Source: a virus. Taken from it: DNA of 64,000 bases. Below, one piece after another: positions 38,301 to 46,738 of this stretch; within the stretch, counting starts at the first letter, position 1; each line of letters begins with the position of its first letter. A program made the position numbers and the translations under genes. The DNA is taken from positions 1 to 64,000 of IMG/VR virus record IMGVR_UViG_3300045391_006990, one strand, 5' to 3'. The notes beneath the pieces were generated by a model, which was not told the origin of the DNA, did no database searches, and saw only the letters and a program-made list of their open reading frames with translations.

Positions 38301-39313
38301 TGGAAGACGGTCAGGACGAAGCTGCCGGGGCTCAGGGGGTCGACCAGCGCGGTGAAATCGACACCGGCGTCCAGGACCGTGAAGCGACGCGTCGTAGGCC
38401 GGCCGGTGCCATCGACGGCCGTGCTGCCCTGCATGCCTCCGGCGAGCACGGCGCCGAGCCCGCCGCCGCGAAGCACGTCGCGCTGCATCTCCGGGTCGCC
38501 GAAGCCCACCACGGCCAGGCGCGTGACCTCGGGGAAGGCCTTGGGGATGCGCGCACCGATGCCGCGCAGCGTAACCATGGAACGCTCTGTGAGCTCCTGC
38601 TCCGTACGGTCGACGAAATCGACGGCCGTCTCCTCGTCCTGACCGGTGCGGAAGCGGCGCAGGTTGGTGACCTTGGCCGTGCCCTCCAGATTTGCGACGT
38701 TGAGGATTTCGTTCGGGCCGATGTTGTATGAGACGCCGGCGGCCTCGGCGATGCAGTTGACGTCGAAGTAGTAGAGGCTGCCCTCCACGTTGAGCAGCAT
38801 CTCGTCGACGGTGATGTCCTGCTTGCCGTCAGGGAAGTAGTGCAGGCCGGTCTTCGACGTGAAGAAGTTGCTCGGCGTGATGGTCACCGTGCGCGGTTGC
38901 GCAAAGTACACGCGAGTGATGCCACGTGCGAAGTCACCACGTTCTCGGTTGCTGAATAGGTTGGCGCCGAGTGCTTCCGCTTCTTCCGTCGTCAGCGTCG
39001 TAGGGTCCTTGAACGACAAGCTGCCGCGAATACGGAAGACCTCTCGTACGAAGGGGTCCCAAAGCAGCGTCGCCGGCTTGATGAGCAAGTCGGTGATGGC
39101 GTCACCCTCGTCACTGGCGAGCTCGGGGAAGGCTTGCTTGATGCGGTCGTTGAGGAACACGGCCAGGTCGACCGAGAAGGGGTCGGTGCCCAGGCGGCGC
39201 AGGATCGGCTGAATTACCTGCGTATCCGCCGGCGAGCCCGGCGTGATGTCCATGTTCTCGTCGAAGGCACGAAAGCGTTCTTGGATGAAGATCTGAAGGT
39301 CACGTACGGCCAT
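35303..39313 (-). CDS. Baseplate J/wedge-like protein (1336 aa)
   Basis: 'DITPGSP...DLLIKP', 'CIAEAAGVSYNIGPNEI', 'GQDEET..F..R'. Confidence 0.75.
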   Translation of the reverse strand: MAVRDLQIFIQERFRAFDENMDITPGSPADTQVIQPILRRLGTDPFSVDLAVFLNDRIKQAFPELASDEGDAITDLLIKPATLLWDPFVREVFRIRGSLSFKDPTTLTTEEAEALGANLFSNRERGDFARGITRVYFAQPRTVTITPSNFFTSKTGLHYFPDGKQDITVDEMLLNVEGSLYYFDVNCIAEAAGVSYNIGPNEILNVANLEGTAKVTNLRRFRTGQDEETAVDFVDRTEQELTERSMVTLRGIGARIPKAFPEVTRLAVVGFGDPEMQRDVLRGGGLGAVLAGGMQGSTAVDGTGRPTTRRFTVLDAGVDFTALVDPLSPGSFVLTVFHAFAGPPLVRDLRVSRVLAPDTVEVEDQVLAPFYTGRPWSLRKEELTLSSIPGGILFPDSAEGTVTIPDNEVHVGGLYDASVRGSDFDEASLVIENLTDAAPAASGVDLEHTGAGLVTLNDLVLGTTYAIDDETYIALSEAKQFGFTLQILDGPNAGNYRVLNVLQVTASSPILTLDTATPVVAGSFRWRLVDIIDVDLTDPKDTRVSGADLQSVQHTDVLSTAGSVDFSALGVSVGDTVRIFDGLDAGDFTVKALPAFNSVQVDRDLTASASGLNYSIFKPNTTGGIQLPLVRITKIELLDTSGQPVGSTIPYARPVDIQSRAFENPGRGVKVDVTDAVLGIVSQPTPLGNFIIGGLTLNITFDSHITGYPTVSFAFTAGNKTAAQAVAEINAAASGFLGPNTVLAVVVPDAAGDRVGIVPLDPLTRVLSGTAMTGLFGDTQARTSSDIRSAAVDGLGGWSSVSPAINQDDLDVAQALDGNQIGFYGNLHFGSTFFGDSANTALLSGAVPIRDELASFAPEVRRHLQVGARSIGSARCYFLEPTSIEFNRTSFFSATLADGSLVRYFPDPTLDSLKIPAAPSTVLPKDGQSTGGGTTFSSISQDFILSGIVPGDELVIKYVPIAGTVALADPVVNLALKSVVLSLDGGADQTVILASDLMGFPTDVSRAGVAAQINSAVGKTIARINGSNQIEFESDVSIIVRSTGSANTLLGLNTATDTNNTAAHAGTYSIIFVSTTTLTISSDKPFPASMPALEQQEGFEIRRPSTQRISSTQMSANTAEAGLYYFDVELVSEGTGDHFNISSDQQLTAEGYRSDGYYLSNDNPNLTFSMTEKPTLHISRSILEVGTADSPANATQITGQNIEVTYERATIVSDVQSFMLGETERVVCSNPLARHLIPHFVRFDFEYVGGSSAALVTTDMENYIRSLFPSDFLEVSDLNGIAYQRGATSVVNPVDLIAIVHNYDRTVQAQRSQNALNTGRLAAFVADVLNINRRSG

Positions 39314-39316
39314 TTG

Positions 39317-39973
39317 CTAAACCTCGAGCCTCGCCACCGCAGAGCGCCCCGCCTGCGACACCACTTCGATGGAAGCGATGAGCGCGGTCTCGTTCTTGTT
39401 GAAGCCGGCCGAGACCACGCGCGCCGTCAGCATGCGCTCGTCGGGCGGGATGCTCTGGTTGCGGCTCTGAATCTGGATGACCTGGCGTACGGTGTTGTCG
39501 ACGCTCACGATGAAGTCGCCGACGATGTCCGTGCCGTCTTCGACGCTCACGCTCTGGCCAAGGTGGACGAGCGCTCCACCGCCGAGCTTCGGTGCGAAGA
39601 TGTCGGTGCCGGGCGTTTGGAAGAGGATGCGCAGGAAGAGCTGCAGCAGACGTAGGATGCCGCGTACCTTGCTGGGCGTACGTCCGATACGGAAGCGGAT
39701 GACGCTGCGAGGCGTGACGGTGAGCTTCTTGCTCAACACCGAAATCGACGAGATCGTCGAATCCTTTAGCGCCTGCGGCACCTCGGCAATGAGCCGGTTC
39801 TTCGTGACGATGATGAACGAAGGTGAGGGCACTTCGTTCATCAGAACTTCATCGACTGAACGGAAGTCGTCGCCGATGACTTCCAGTGTACGCACCGGCA
39901 ACCCAGGGACAGGGCGAGCCAGGCTCACCTTCACCGTCTCCTGCGGGAACGCGATCTGAAAGTCGACAGCCAC
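39317..39973 (-). CDS. Baseplate gp25-like wedge protein with N-terminal IPT-like domain
   Basis: 'KVRGILRLLQLFLRILFQTPGTDIFAPKLGG'; directly upstream of baseplate J. Confidence 0.6.
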   Translation of the reverse strand: MAVDFQIAFPQETVKVSLARPVPGLPVRTLEVIGDDFRSVDEVLMNEVPSPSFIIVTKNRLIAEVPQALKDSTISSISVLSKKLTVTPRSVIRFRIGRTPSKVRGILRLLQLFLRILFQTPGTDIFAPKLGGGALVHLGQSVSVEDGTDIVGDFIVSVDNTVRQVIQIQSRNQSIPPDERMLTARVVSAGFNKNETALIASIEVVSQAGRSAVARLEV

Positions 39974-39997
39974 AGCTCATCGTACCATTCCGTTGAG

Positions 39998-40037
39998 GGG
40001 CTAAAAAAGAAGAAGCCCCGGTGTGAACGGGGCTTCT
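39998..40037 (-). terminator. Terminator of the lysis genes
   Basis: AGAAGCCCCG-ttcacac-CGGGGCTTCT, then TCTTTTT and TAGCCC on the - strand. Confidence 0.85.
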
Positions 40038-40105
40038 CCAGCGTCGCGTGGCGTCAGGGGAACGTGTCTCGTGCACGTTCATCCTTGCCTACGTCGATCC
40101 ATCCG

Positions 40106-41218
40106 TCAAGCAGGCATCGAAAGGCCCTTGGAAGCCAGGGCGGCCTGCAGTGCGGGCCAGGTGAACTGGTCCACCTGCCCATCCTGCGCGGACAGCGGCA
40201 CGATGCCGCTGGTTTGCTCGAGCGTGAGTACCGCCTCGGTCGTCTTCTTGCCGTATTTGCCGTCGTCCTTCGCCGGTCCGAGGTCGTAACCCAACGCCAG
40301 CAGCGCGCGCTGCAGCCGCGCCGTGGTGATGCCCGCGGGAATTCCCGTGCGCTCGGTCCACGCCTGCAGGTCGGCCGACATGTCCGGCAGGTTCATGCCG
40401 TACAGGTTCTCGAGCACCGGGCGGATGGCCTCGTAGCGGTGCGGGTAGATCGCCACGCCTGGCCCGAACGTCATCTCGCGCAGGATGGCGACAGCCCAGT
40501 CCGAGCTCCATGCCGAGATGTGCGGGTTCTGCGTGACAGCCGTCTGCAGCGACTTGTTGGCCCAGGTCGGGTTGTTCGCCGCGAACGACAGGTACGCAGC
40601 CATGAGCCCGAGCGCCAGGTCGGTACTGGGCATCGCTCCGAACACGCTCTTCGCAAACGGCAGCATGAAGCCGCCGAGGCGCTTCGCTGTGTACTCGTTC
40701 TGAATGCGGCGCGCTTCTGCGTTCTCCCACACCGTCGAGATGGCGGCTGCCCAACGCTTTCCGTAGAGTGACGTCTCCGGCGTCCACGAACCCTGCGTGC
40801 CGTCGCCGTGGATGTAGAAGAGCTGGTTCTGCTCTACGAGCGAGTCGACTTCACCGCGCCCGTCTTTGAACTTGAAGCGGTAGCGCGCCTTCTCATTCTT
40901 CTCGAACTTGAGTCCGAATTCCGCACCCAGGTCATCGACGCCTTTGATGATGTCCTCGTCGTACTCGCACACAGCGCCGAGCATGTCGCTCACCGAGTAC
41001 TGATTGCGCTCGCACCACTGGATGAGCCCACTGGTCCAACCGCAGATGTCGTAGCCATTCCAGGCGTCGTAGTGCCCGCCCTCTGTCGCGGTGATGACGG
41101 CCAGCTGCCGATCCGCTTCATTCGGACTGCTCGGCAGCACGTAGCCAAATTTGCCTTTGTAGTAGGGCCCTTCGAACTGACGATATTTCCCCCAACCGAT
41201 TTCACTTACTGCGACCAT
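40106..41218 (-). CDS. Endolysin: lysozyme-like N-domain + C-terminal peptidoglycan-binding domain
   Basis: 'TEGGHYDAWNGYD...SGLIQW'; 'LQRALLALGYDLG..DDGKYGKKTTEAV..DGQVDQFTW'. Confidence 0.8.
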   Translation of the reverse strand: MVAVSEIGWGKYRQFEGPYYKGKFGYVLPSSPNEADRQLAVITATEGGHYDAWNGYDICGWTSGLIQWCERNQYSVSDMLGAVCEYDEDIIKGVDDLGAEFGLKFEKNEKARYRFKFKDGRGEVDSLVEQNQLFYIHGDGTQGSWTPETSLYGKRWAAAISTVWENAEARRIQNEYTAKRLGGFMLPFAKSVFGAMPSTDLALGLMAAYLSFAANNPTWANKSLQTAVTQNPHISAWSSDWAVAILREMTFGPGVAIYPHRYEAIRPVLENLYGMNLPDMSADLQAWTERTGIPAGITTARLQRALLALGYDLGPAKDDGKYGKKTTEAVLTLEQTSGIVPLSAQDGQVDQFTWPALQAALASKGLSMPA

Positions 41219-41988
41219 GACGCCTCCACAGTAGTCGAATTCTTAGTAGCCTTCTTGGATGGATACACGCACCTGAATCCTTGCGGTAGCGCGTAAACGC
41301 TGGCGTCGAAACCGTCAGCCATCTTCTGAATGAGGTCGCAGCGCGTCTTCGCTTCGTCGTCGATGAAGTACTTCCCGGTCTTGGCCAGGAAGGGGCAGCG
41401 CCCTTGACGGTAGGCGGTGAACCACACACCGACGGGCGCGTCGGTACCGTCCTTCTGCCTGCACTCGTTCTTCCAATGAGCAAGCACGCCGTACGAGAGC
41501 CGGATGTTCGTCGCCGGATCGCGCAGCTGCTTCTCAGTCAGCTTGTCCTTCTTACGGCCCTCGGCGGTAGCCCAGTCGCGCCCGGGGAAGAGCTCCTGGA
41601 TTTCCTTCCACGGTGGCAGGTGCTTGGTGTTGCCTTTGTTCAGCTGCTGCGGGCCAACAGCGCGGCACTCCATGTGCCAAACCGGTGTGTAGCCAGCCGG
41701 CCACTGCAGGCGCGGCACATGCAAGTACGCATGTTCGTTGTGGCAGTCACCATCGGCGGGCGGTAGCCGAAAGCGTGACTCACGGTAGGTCACCGCGGAC
41801 AGAATGAGGACATCCGTCTGGCTGTCGTAGAGCAGACCGGGGGCGGCGTTGCCGTAGTGCAGCTCGACGGTCGAAGCGATGTCGTCGTTGAATTTTTTCT
41901 TCAGCTCTTCGTGACGCGCAACGTTCGGCGCCTCGCGCAAGATGAAGCCCAAGATGGTAGCGGTCAGTACTTGTAGAAAAGTCATCAC
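41206..41988 (-). CDS. Exported lytic-transglycosylase (SLT)-like protein
   Basis: N-terminal hydrophobic segment; 'YRESRF', 'VGPQQL', 'LRDPATNIR'. Confidence 0.65.
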   Translation of the reverse strand: MMTFLQVLTATILGFILREAPNVARHEELKKKFNDDIASTVELHYGNAAPGLLYDSQTDVLILSAVTYRESRFRLPPADGDCHNEHAYLHVPRLQWPAGYTPVWHMECRAVGPQQLNKGNTKHLPPWKEIQELFPGRDWATAEGRKKDKLTEKQLRDPATNIRLSYGVLAHWKNECRQKDGTDAPVGVWFTAYRQGRCPFLAKTGKYFIDDEAKTRCDLIQKMADGFDASVYALPQGFRCVYPSKKATKNSTTVEASWSQ

Positions 41989-42614
41989 TCCTCCATGTCC
42001 AAACAGCAGCGAAACCCTGTCTCATAGTAGTGCCAATCCGGTACGTGCTTCGTAATCACGTAGGAACACGAAGAGCGCGCATCGGCCCAGTAACCACCAA
42101 CGAGGCACCAACCTTCAACCCCCGCGTCGCAGCGCACCCACTCCTCTGCGTTGCCCACCATGTCGTACGCACCTGCTGAGCTCACGCACTCAGCGGAAGA
42201 ACCGGACGGTGCGCTCTGGTCCAGGCGCGCGAGCTCTTTCGCGTTACGCTGCGCCACCTTGGCTGCATTCACATCGCGCCACTGCTTGTCCGTGTTGCAC
42301 TTACCGGACTGCGGTTTCTTCCCACCGTAGGGTAGGTTTGAGCCTTCAGGGCCACGGCAGGCCGCCATCCATTCCTTGCGGGTGCATGTACGCTTGCCTT
42401 GCACCCCACAGAGCGTTGCAGCATCGTAGACAGGTCCGAGCTCCTCGGACATGCCGCTCATGGCCAAGTGTGGTTTCTGCCCCTGCACGTTAGGATATTC
42501 ATAGCGATCGATGCAAACACCGGGGCGCGCGACGACCATGTCGTCGGGACACTGCGCCTTCTGTGTCGACGCCAGTGATAGGCCGGCACAGATAAGTAAC
42601 AGTACTTTTCGCAA
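41985..42614 (-). CDS. Secreted FGE/SUMF1 (formylglycine-generating-enzyme-family, CLec-fold) protein
   Basis: Signal peptide; 'CPDDMV..CIDRYEYP', 'GKRTCTRKEWMAAC', 'GAYDMVGNAEEWV', 'GGYW', 'TGFRCC'. Confidence 0.85.
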   Translation of the reverse strand: MRKVLLLICAGLSLASTQKAQCPDDMVVARPGVCIDRYEYPNVQGQKPHLAMSGMSEELGPVYDAATLCGVQGKRTCTRKEWMAACRGPEGSNLPYGGKKPQSGKCNTDKQWRDVNAAKVAQRNAKELARLDQSAPSGSSAECVSSAGAYDMVGNAEEWVRCDAGVEGWCLVGGYWADARSSCSYVITKHVPDWHYYETGFRCCLDMEE

Positions 42615-42671
42615 ATCTCCTCCGCACTTCGCCGTAGCGAAGTCTTCAGGGGAGCTTCATCACTTGCGACG

Positions 42672-43016
42672 CTACTGCGTCGGAGATGAACTCCCGTTGA
42701 GCCTATGCCGTTCGAGCTCTTCCGTGCGCTCTTCGATGTCGGTGAAACCGTCATCGAGCTTGGCAACCTGATCCCGCAGGTCACGGAAGCCTTCGTTCAC
42801 CTGGCGCTTCATCTCCGCGAAACCCTTATCCATGGTCTGCATCATCGCGGTCATGCGCTCGCTCAGCTCGAATTGACGTGTCGAGATATGTGACAAGATG
42901 CGGACCTTCGCATCCGGGTGATCGGCGAGCTCCGTGATGAGCCGTTTGTGCTCTGCGTCCAAATCCCGCTCGACAGGAGCGGAAGGGGGAGGGGTCACGG
43001 TTTCTCTGTCGACCAT
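42672..43016 (-). CDS. Coiled-coil hypothetical protein
   Basis: Heptad pattern; CATAAT 6 nt upstream of the ATG at 43016. Confidence 0.55.
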   Translation of the reverse strand: MVDRETVTPPPSAPVERDLDAEHKRLITELADHPDAKVRILSHISTRQFELSERMTAMMQTMDKGFAEMKRQVNEGFRDLRDQVAKLDDGFTDIEERTEELERHRLNGSSSPTQ

Positions 43017-43087
43017 CGGGCCATTATGCATGAAGAGCCTCCTCGCACAAAAGCCAGATGGGGTTCCAGCGTGATCGTACGCCTCTC

Positions 43088-43429
43088 TTATTCCGGAGAA
43101 ACTGGCGTATTCACATCCCGGCTTGGGTCGGCGAGCAAGAAGTTCTCTGGCGGGATGTCCCGGATTTGGGCCAGCGCGTTCAAGAGGTCGCTCTCGATTT
43201 TGTTCACACGCTCGAGCTCGTTGGGACGGGTCACGGTACCCTGGCCCTCAATGCGCTCGATCTGCTGGTCGGCCAACTCTTCGTAAGTGAGGGCGTAAAA
43301 ACTTTCCGTGGTTTGCCGCCCGAGCACCGCCCCAACAGAGTTGTTCAAGACGCGGCGCAGCTCGAAGTTGAGGTCGAGCGACGGCGCTTCTTGATTGGCT
43401 TGTTGGGACGGTGAGTCTACGGAAGGCAT
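43088..43429 (-). CDS. Hypothetical protein
   Basis: TGG-TAGACT 6 nt upstream of the ATG. Confidence 0.55.
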   Translation of the reverse strand: MPSVDSPSQQANQEAPSLDLNFELRRVLNNSVGAVLGRQTTESFYALTYEELADQQIERIEGQGTVTRPNELERVNKIESDLLNALAQIRDIPPENFLLADPSRDVNTPVSPE

Positions 43430-43430
43430 G

Positions 43431-43628
43431 CTACGAGTCTACCAACACCTGCATCCCGTAAATCGGAACGTTCTGCACCTTGACGTGCGTTTCGATGGTG
43501 ACCCCTTCGGCTGCCCAGCTATCGGCGTGCTGCTCCACCGCAGAGAGCTCGACCGAGCACTTGCGCCCGCCTGGGTACACCGCGAAGTATTCCACCGTGC
43601 GGGACAGGATGAAGTCACTTGCTTGCAT
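43431..43628 (-). CDS. Small hypothetical protein
   Basis: Overlaps the dcd stop region; operonic. Confidence 0.45.
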   Translation of the reverse strand: MQASDFILSRTVEYFAVYPGGRKCSVELSAVEQHADSWAAEGVTIETHVKVQNVPIYGMQVLVDS

Positions 43629-44328
43629 TTGACTGCTCTTCGAACTGTTTCCACGCCATGGATGGAACCGGGCCCTCCGCCGCCGCGCCAACGTAGTGAC
43701 CTTTGCGCTCGTACGTGGTGTGACCAGGCGAACGGCCTACTAGCGTGTGAAAGCGAATCTGGCAGAAACGCATGCCAGGGTAGACGACGAGCTGGTGCGT
43801 CACGACCACCTCGAGCGTGTACTGACCGTTGAAGCCAGGATCGCCGTAGCCGGCGGTGACGTGCGCCGTCATGAAGAGCCGCCCGAGCGAGCTCTTACCG
43901 TCGAGCACGGGCACGAACTTCTTCGTGTGGATGCGCTCGGCCGTGTGCATGAGGTATCCAATCCCGGGGCGCAAAAGCCAGCCTTGCTGCGGCATGTCGA
44001 ACGTGATTACTTCGTTCTTCTCTTTGCAGCTGAGGATGCCAGGCGGGTGCGGCCACATCATGTCGCTGAGACACGCACGGCTGTAGTCCAGCGCATCGCC
44101 GTTCGCGTTGCGGTGGATGCCTTGCTCGTCTGGCATCCACGCCTGCCCGCCGACCGAGAAGTACACCGCCTTCCGGTACACGGCGACCTTCGGACCCAAC
44201 GTCAAATCGAGCGACGCTGGGTTGAGGTGCTCCTCCGGGGGCTCGGGCACCACCTCGATGGCGCCACTTTGCAGCTCCTGCCAGATCTCGTACCCCGACA
44301 GGATGCCCTGCTCGCAGTTTTCGATCAC
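43615..44328 (-). CDS. dcd: dCTP deaminase
   Basis: 'LNPASLDLTLG', 'DGKSSLGRL..HVTAGYGDPGFNGQYTLE', 'YPGMRFCQIRF'; GTG start overlapping the upstream stop. Confidence 0.92.
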   Translation of the reverse strand: MIENCEQGILSGYEIWQELQSGAIEVVPEPPEEHLNPASLDLTLGPKVAVYRKAVYFSVGGQAWMPDEQGIHRNANGDALDYSRACLSDMMWPHPPGILSCKEKNEVITFDMPQQGWLLRPGIGYLMHTAERIHTKKFVPVLDGKSSLGRLFMTAHVTAGYGDPGFNGQYTLEVVVTHQLVVYPGMRFCQIRFHTLVGRSPGHTTYERKGHYVGAAAEGPVPSMAWKQFEEQSNASK

Positions 44329-44945
44329 GAGCCAGCCTCGGCCACAGCGTGCGCGTTGGTCGGATTCTTCGTCCAATCGCGTTGGCGCACCTTAGACCAG
44401 ACGCCGTCGATGATGTCCAAGAAGTTCTTCTGGTGGTAACGGCAAATCATTTCGAGGTGCGCGAGGATGGCGCGGCAGGTATCGTCGATCTTCCGCAGAT
44501 GCTCAGCCGGCGTACCACGGATACCTTGCTCCATCTTGAGTTGGTGATGGGCCAGTAAGCGGGCGTGAGGCGTCAAGTCGTGCCAATTCTGACGAGTGCG
44601 ATCATCGAGGAAGCCGCGCTCCCCCCAAAGATCGGCGAGGCTCTTCCCGCGCTTGCCCAGGTAATCGAGCATGTAGATGCCGATGTCGCCAACGGCGTCG
44701 AACACCTCAGCATAAAGCCGAGCGTTGTCGGCTTCGGTGATTTCTTTGTCCAGTGCCTGCGTGGTGAACAGAGGGTCCGCCGGTGTAGTTTTGCGAACGT
44801 TCGATTCTTCTTTGAGCTTCCACGCAGCGTCGAACTCCAGGAGCTCTTCGATCATACCCATAAGCGGGTACCGCTCGTGCTGCTTGCCGAAGTTCTTCTC
44901 CGACCATGCGATTTGTTCTGCCTGAATTGCGACTAGGTCAACCAT
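44325..44945 (-). CDS. MazG-like (all-alpha) nucleotide pyrophosphohydrolase
   Basis: 'WSEKNFG...MIEELLEF...FDAVGDIGIY...VWSKVRQRDW'. Confidence 0.7.
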   Translation of the reverse strand: MVDLVAIQAEQIAWSEKNFGKQHERYPLMGMIEELLEFDAAWKLKEESNVRKTTPADPLFTTQALDKEITEADNARLYAEVFDAVGDIGIYMLDYLGKRGKSLADLWGERGFLDDRTRQNWHDLTPHARLLAHHQLKMEQGIRGTPAEHLRKIDDTCRAILAHLEMICRYHQKNFLDIIDGVWSKVRQRDWTKNPTNAHAVAEAGS

Positions 44946-44946
44946 G

Positions 44947-45228
44947 TTAGTTAGCTTCCTTCTCGGGTACCGGAGTATGCGGAACCGACCCCGGTATGTG
45001 AATGATGGTGCGCTGTTGGATTACGACGAGGGCGTTGTCTGGTGTGCGCGAGAGAAAACTCGATACTATGAAACCCTCCTTAGTGTTTTTGTTCAGAATC
45101 TCTTCGAGCTCGGCGGCGAACTTCTTTGAGTCGTCGCTCACGACCGCGTTCACACGCCATTCGATCTCAGCTTGGTGCATAACCGTTCCCTGCGGGATGT
45201 CTTTTTCCATGTGGCCTTTCATGAGCAT
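44947..45228 (-). CDS. Hypothetical protein
   Basis: Operonic. Confidence 0.5.
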   Translation of the reverse strand: MLMKGHMEKDIPQGTVMHQAEIEWRVNAVVSDDSKKFAAELEEILNKNTKEGFIVSSFLSRTPDNALVVIQQRTIIHIPGSVPHTPVPEKEAN

Positions 45229-45665
45229 CAGGTCTCGTCCTCGATGGGGTCCGGTGTAGCGCTAGTTGCTAACACATCTTCCATTTTGCTGCTCAAAACA
45301 TCCCAATACCAGCGCACAGCCATTCGTACCTGACCTGCACTGAAGCTGATCTCGTAGCGCTTCTTCTCCGCCACGTCTTGCACGTAGGGGTTTAGCCGAA
45401 GTTGGCTTTCGATGACCTCTCCCAGCACTCTGATGAATCTAACGGACTTAGCAACTACAGCCTCCGCCTTCTTGGCACGAGAGTCAGCTTCATCCGCACG
45501 CGTGCGCTCTGCGGCAAGGCCTTCCTCGTAATCCTTCTCACGAGAGGCAGCCGCCCCCGGCGTAGTAATACTACTCACATAGGCGTTGAACTCAGTGTTC
45601 GCCTGCGTGTTGCTGCGAAGCACCTGCAACAAGGCTGGGTAGTTGCTCAGCTGAGGCTTCGCCAT
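45228..45665 (-). CDS. Hypothetical protein
   Basis: Operonic; coiled-coil segment. Confidence 0.5.
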   Translation of the reverse strand: MAKPQLSNYPALLQVLRSNTQANTEFNAYVSSITTPGAAASREKDYEEGLAAERTRADEADSRAKKAEAVVAKSVRFIRVLGEVIESQLRLNPYVQDVAEKKRYEISFSAGQVRMAVRWYWDVLSSKMEDVLATSATPDPIEDET

Positions 45666-45668
45666 GAC

Positions 45669-45821
45669 CTATCGGTTTTCTTCATCGTCGGCCTTATTCC
45701 TCTCGTACTTCTGTTTTGAGTTGAGGTAGCCAGCGATGATCACGAGCACAATCATCCCACCGATGACAGCTAAGAACAGCAGTGCGAAGGCACGCTGCAA
45801 CCACAACAGGAATTCCCACAT
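45669..45821 (-). CDS. Small membrane protein (50 aa)
   Basis: MWEFLLWLQRAFALLFLAVIGGMIVLVIIAG...; GGAG RBS. Confidence 0.55.
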   Translation of the reverse strand: MWEFLLWLQRAFALLFLAVIGGMIVLVIIAGYLNSKQKYERNKADDEENR

Positions 45822-45833
45822 TACAACTCCGAG

Positions 45834-45867
45834 GGGCTAAGCAAGATGCCCGTAACGGGCGTCTTGC
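45834..45867 (-). terminator. Hairpin closed by TTAGCCCC
   Basis: GCAAGACGCCCG-tta-CGGGCATCTTGC-TTAGCCCC after the nucleotidase stop. Confidence 0.6.
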
Positions 45868-45870
45868 AAT

Positions 45871-46482
45871 TCACCTGGCTGCTTTCATCAGCTTTGCCAA
45901 GCCTTCCACAACAGCGTAGACCATGCCCCAGCTGGCGAGGCCGAAGACATCGCGTGGGGCCATGCGCATGTTCTGCGGTGTAATCCACAAAATCGCACGA
46001 CCACGCGGATGCTCGGCCTGCCACTGCACGACGTGATCTGGTTTGTCGTCGCACAAGAAGTCACCATCTATCGCATGCTTCTCGGCAGTGCTGACTACCT
46101 TCTTTCCCAACTCTTCACCGAAGTACTTCTGCAGCCAGTGCATGCGATCGTAGCCCCAGGTAGGACTCGTCTTGAGAGGCGAGGTCACGAAGAGCACGTC
46201 GGCAATCTCCATGATCTTCCTCACACCATCGACGGCACCTGGCAACGGCGCCAGATTCTGTGCGAAGCCGGGTTGGTTGATAAGCATGTAGACCTCGTCG
46301 TCTTCCTCCTCGGTGAGTCCGAGTGACTTCGATAGGTCCCAGTCCGTGAAGACATGGTCGGGCTTCAACTGGCGAACGCCGCTAGCATTGACGGCAGCGA
46401 TGAAGCCTTGCTTGTAGTTGGCCAAAACATCGTCGACATCACACAAGAACCTCGGCCGGTTTCTAAAAGGTGATGTCGCCAT
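45871..46482 (-). CDS. HAD-family 5'(3')-deoxyribonucleotidase (NT5C-like)
   Basis: 'FLCDVDDVLANY', 'LAPLPGA', 'FVTSP', 'WLQKYF', 'GDFLCDDKP'. Confidence 0.85.
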   Translation of the reverse strand: MATSPFRNRPRFLCDVDDVLANYKQGFIAAVNASGVRQLKPDHVFTDWDLSKSLGLTEEEDDEVYMLINQPGFAQNLAPLPGAVDGVRKIMEIADVLFVTSPLKTSPTWGYDRMHWLQKYFGEELGKKVVSTAEKHAIDGDFLCDDKPDHVVQWQAEHPRGRAILWITPQNMRMAPRDVFGLASWGMVYAVVEGLAKLMKAAR

Positions 46483-46738
46483 CGTCTCCGCCTTCACCAT
46501 CTTCTCCTTCTTTCCGTTTAACCACCGGAAGCTTACTGCCTGGCGGTGGGTAGTCATCCGAGTACGGATTCAATGTGATGAACACTTCATCGTTCCAGTG
46601 AAGAACGATGCCGGGGTTCAGTTTGATGTTGAGCTGACCGAACTCGTTCTCGAACGCCACGCCCGCTTGAGCTCGATCCTTGGTGTTCTTCTTGTCAGTG
46701 ATCTTCAGCCAGTACTTGGGTCGGTTGCCTTTGGCCAT
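46463..46738 (-). CDS. Small protein with an acidic SSB-like C-terminal tail
   Basis: 'AGVAFENEFGQLNIKLNP'; ends 'GGDDGDITF'. Confidence 0.5.
   Translation of the reverse strand: MAKGNRPKYWLKITDKKNTKDRAQAGVAFENEFGQLNIKLNPGIVLHWNDEVFITLNPYSDDYPPPGSKLPVVKRKEGEDGEGGDDGDITF

Noticed and set aside
41985-42120. FGE/CLec C-terminus as a diversity-generating retroelement target
   Set aside because: No template repeat or reverse transcriptase is seen in the window; the Cys-rich exported type fits ordinary FGE proteins.
43086-43097. TCCGGAATAAGA as a further promoter-motif copy
   Set aside because: Two mismatches and coincides with a gene's last codons and stop; may be chance.
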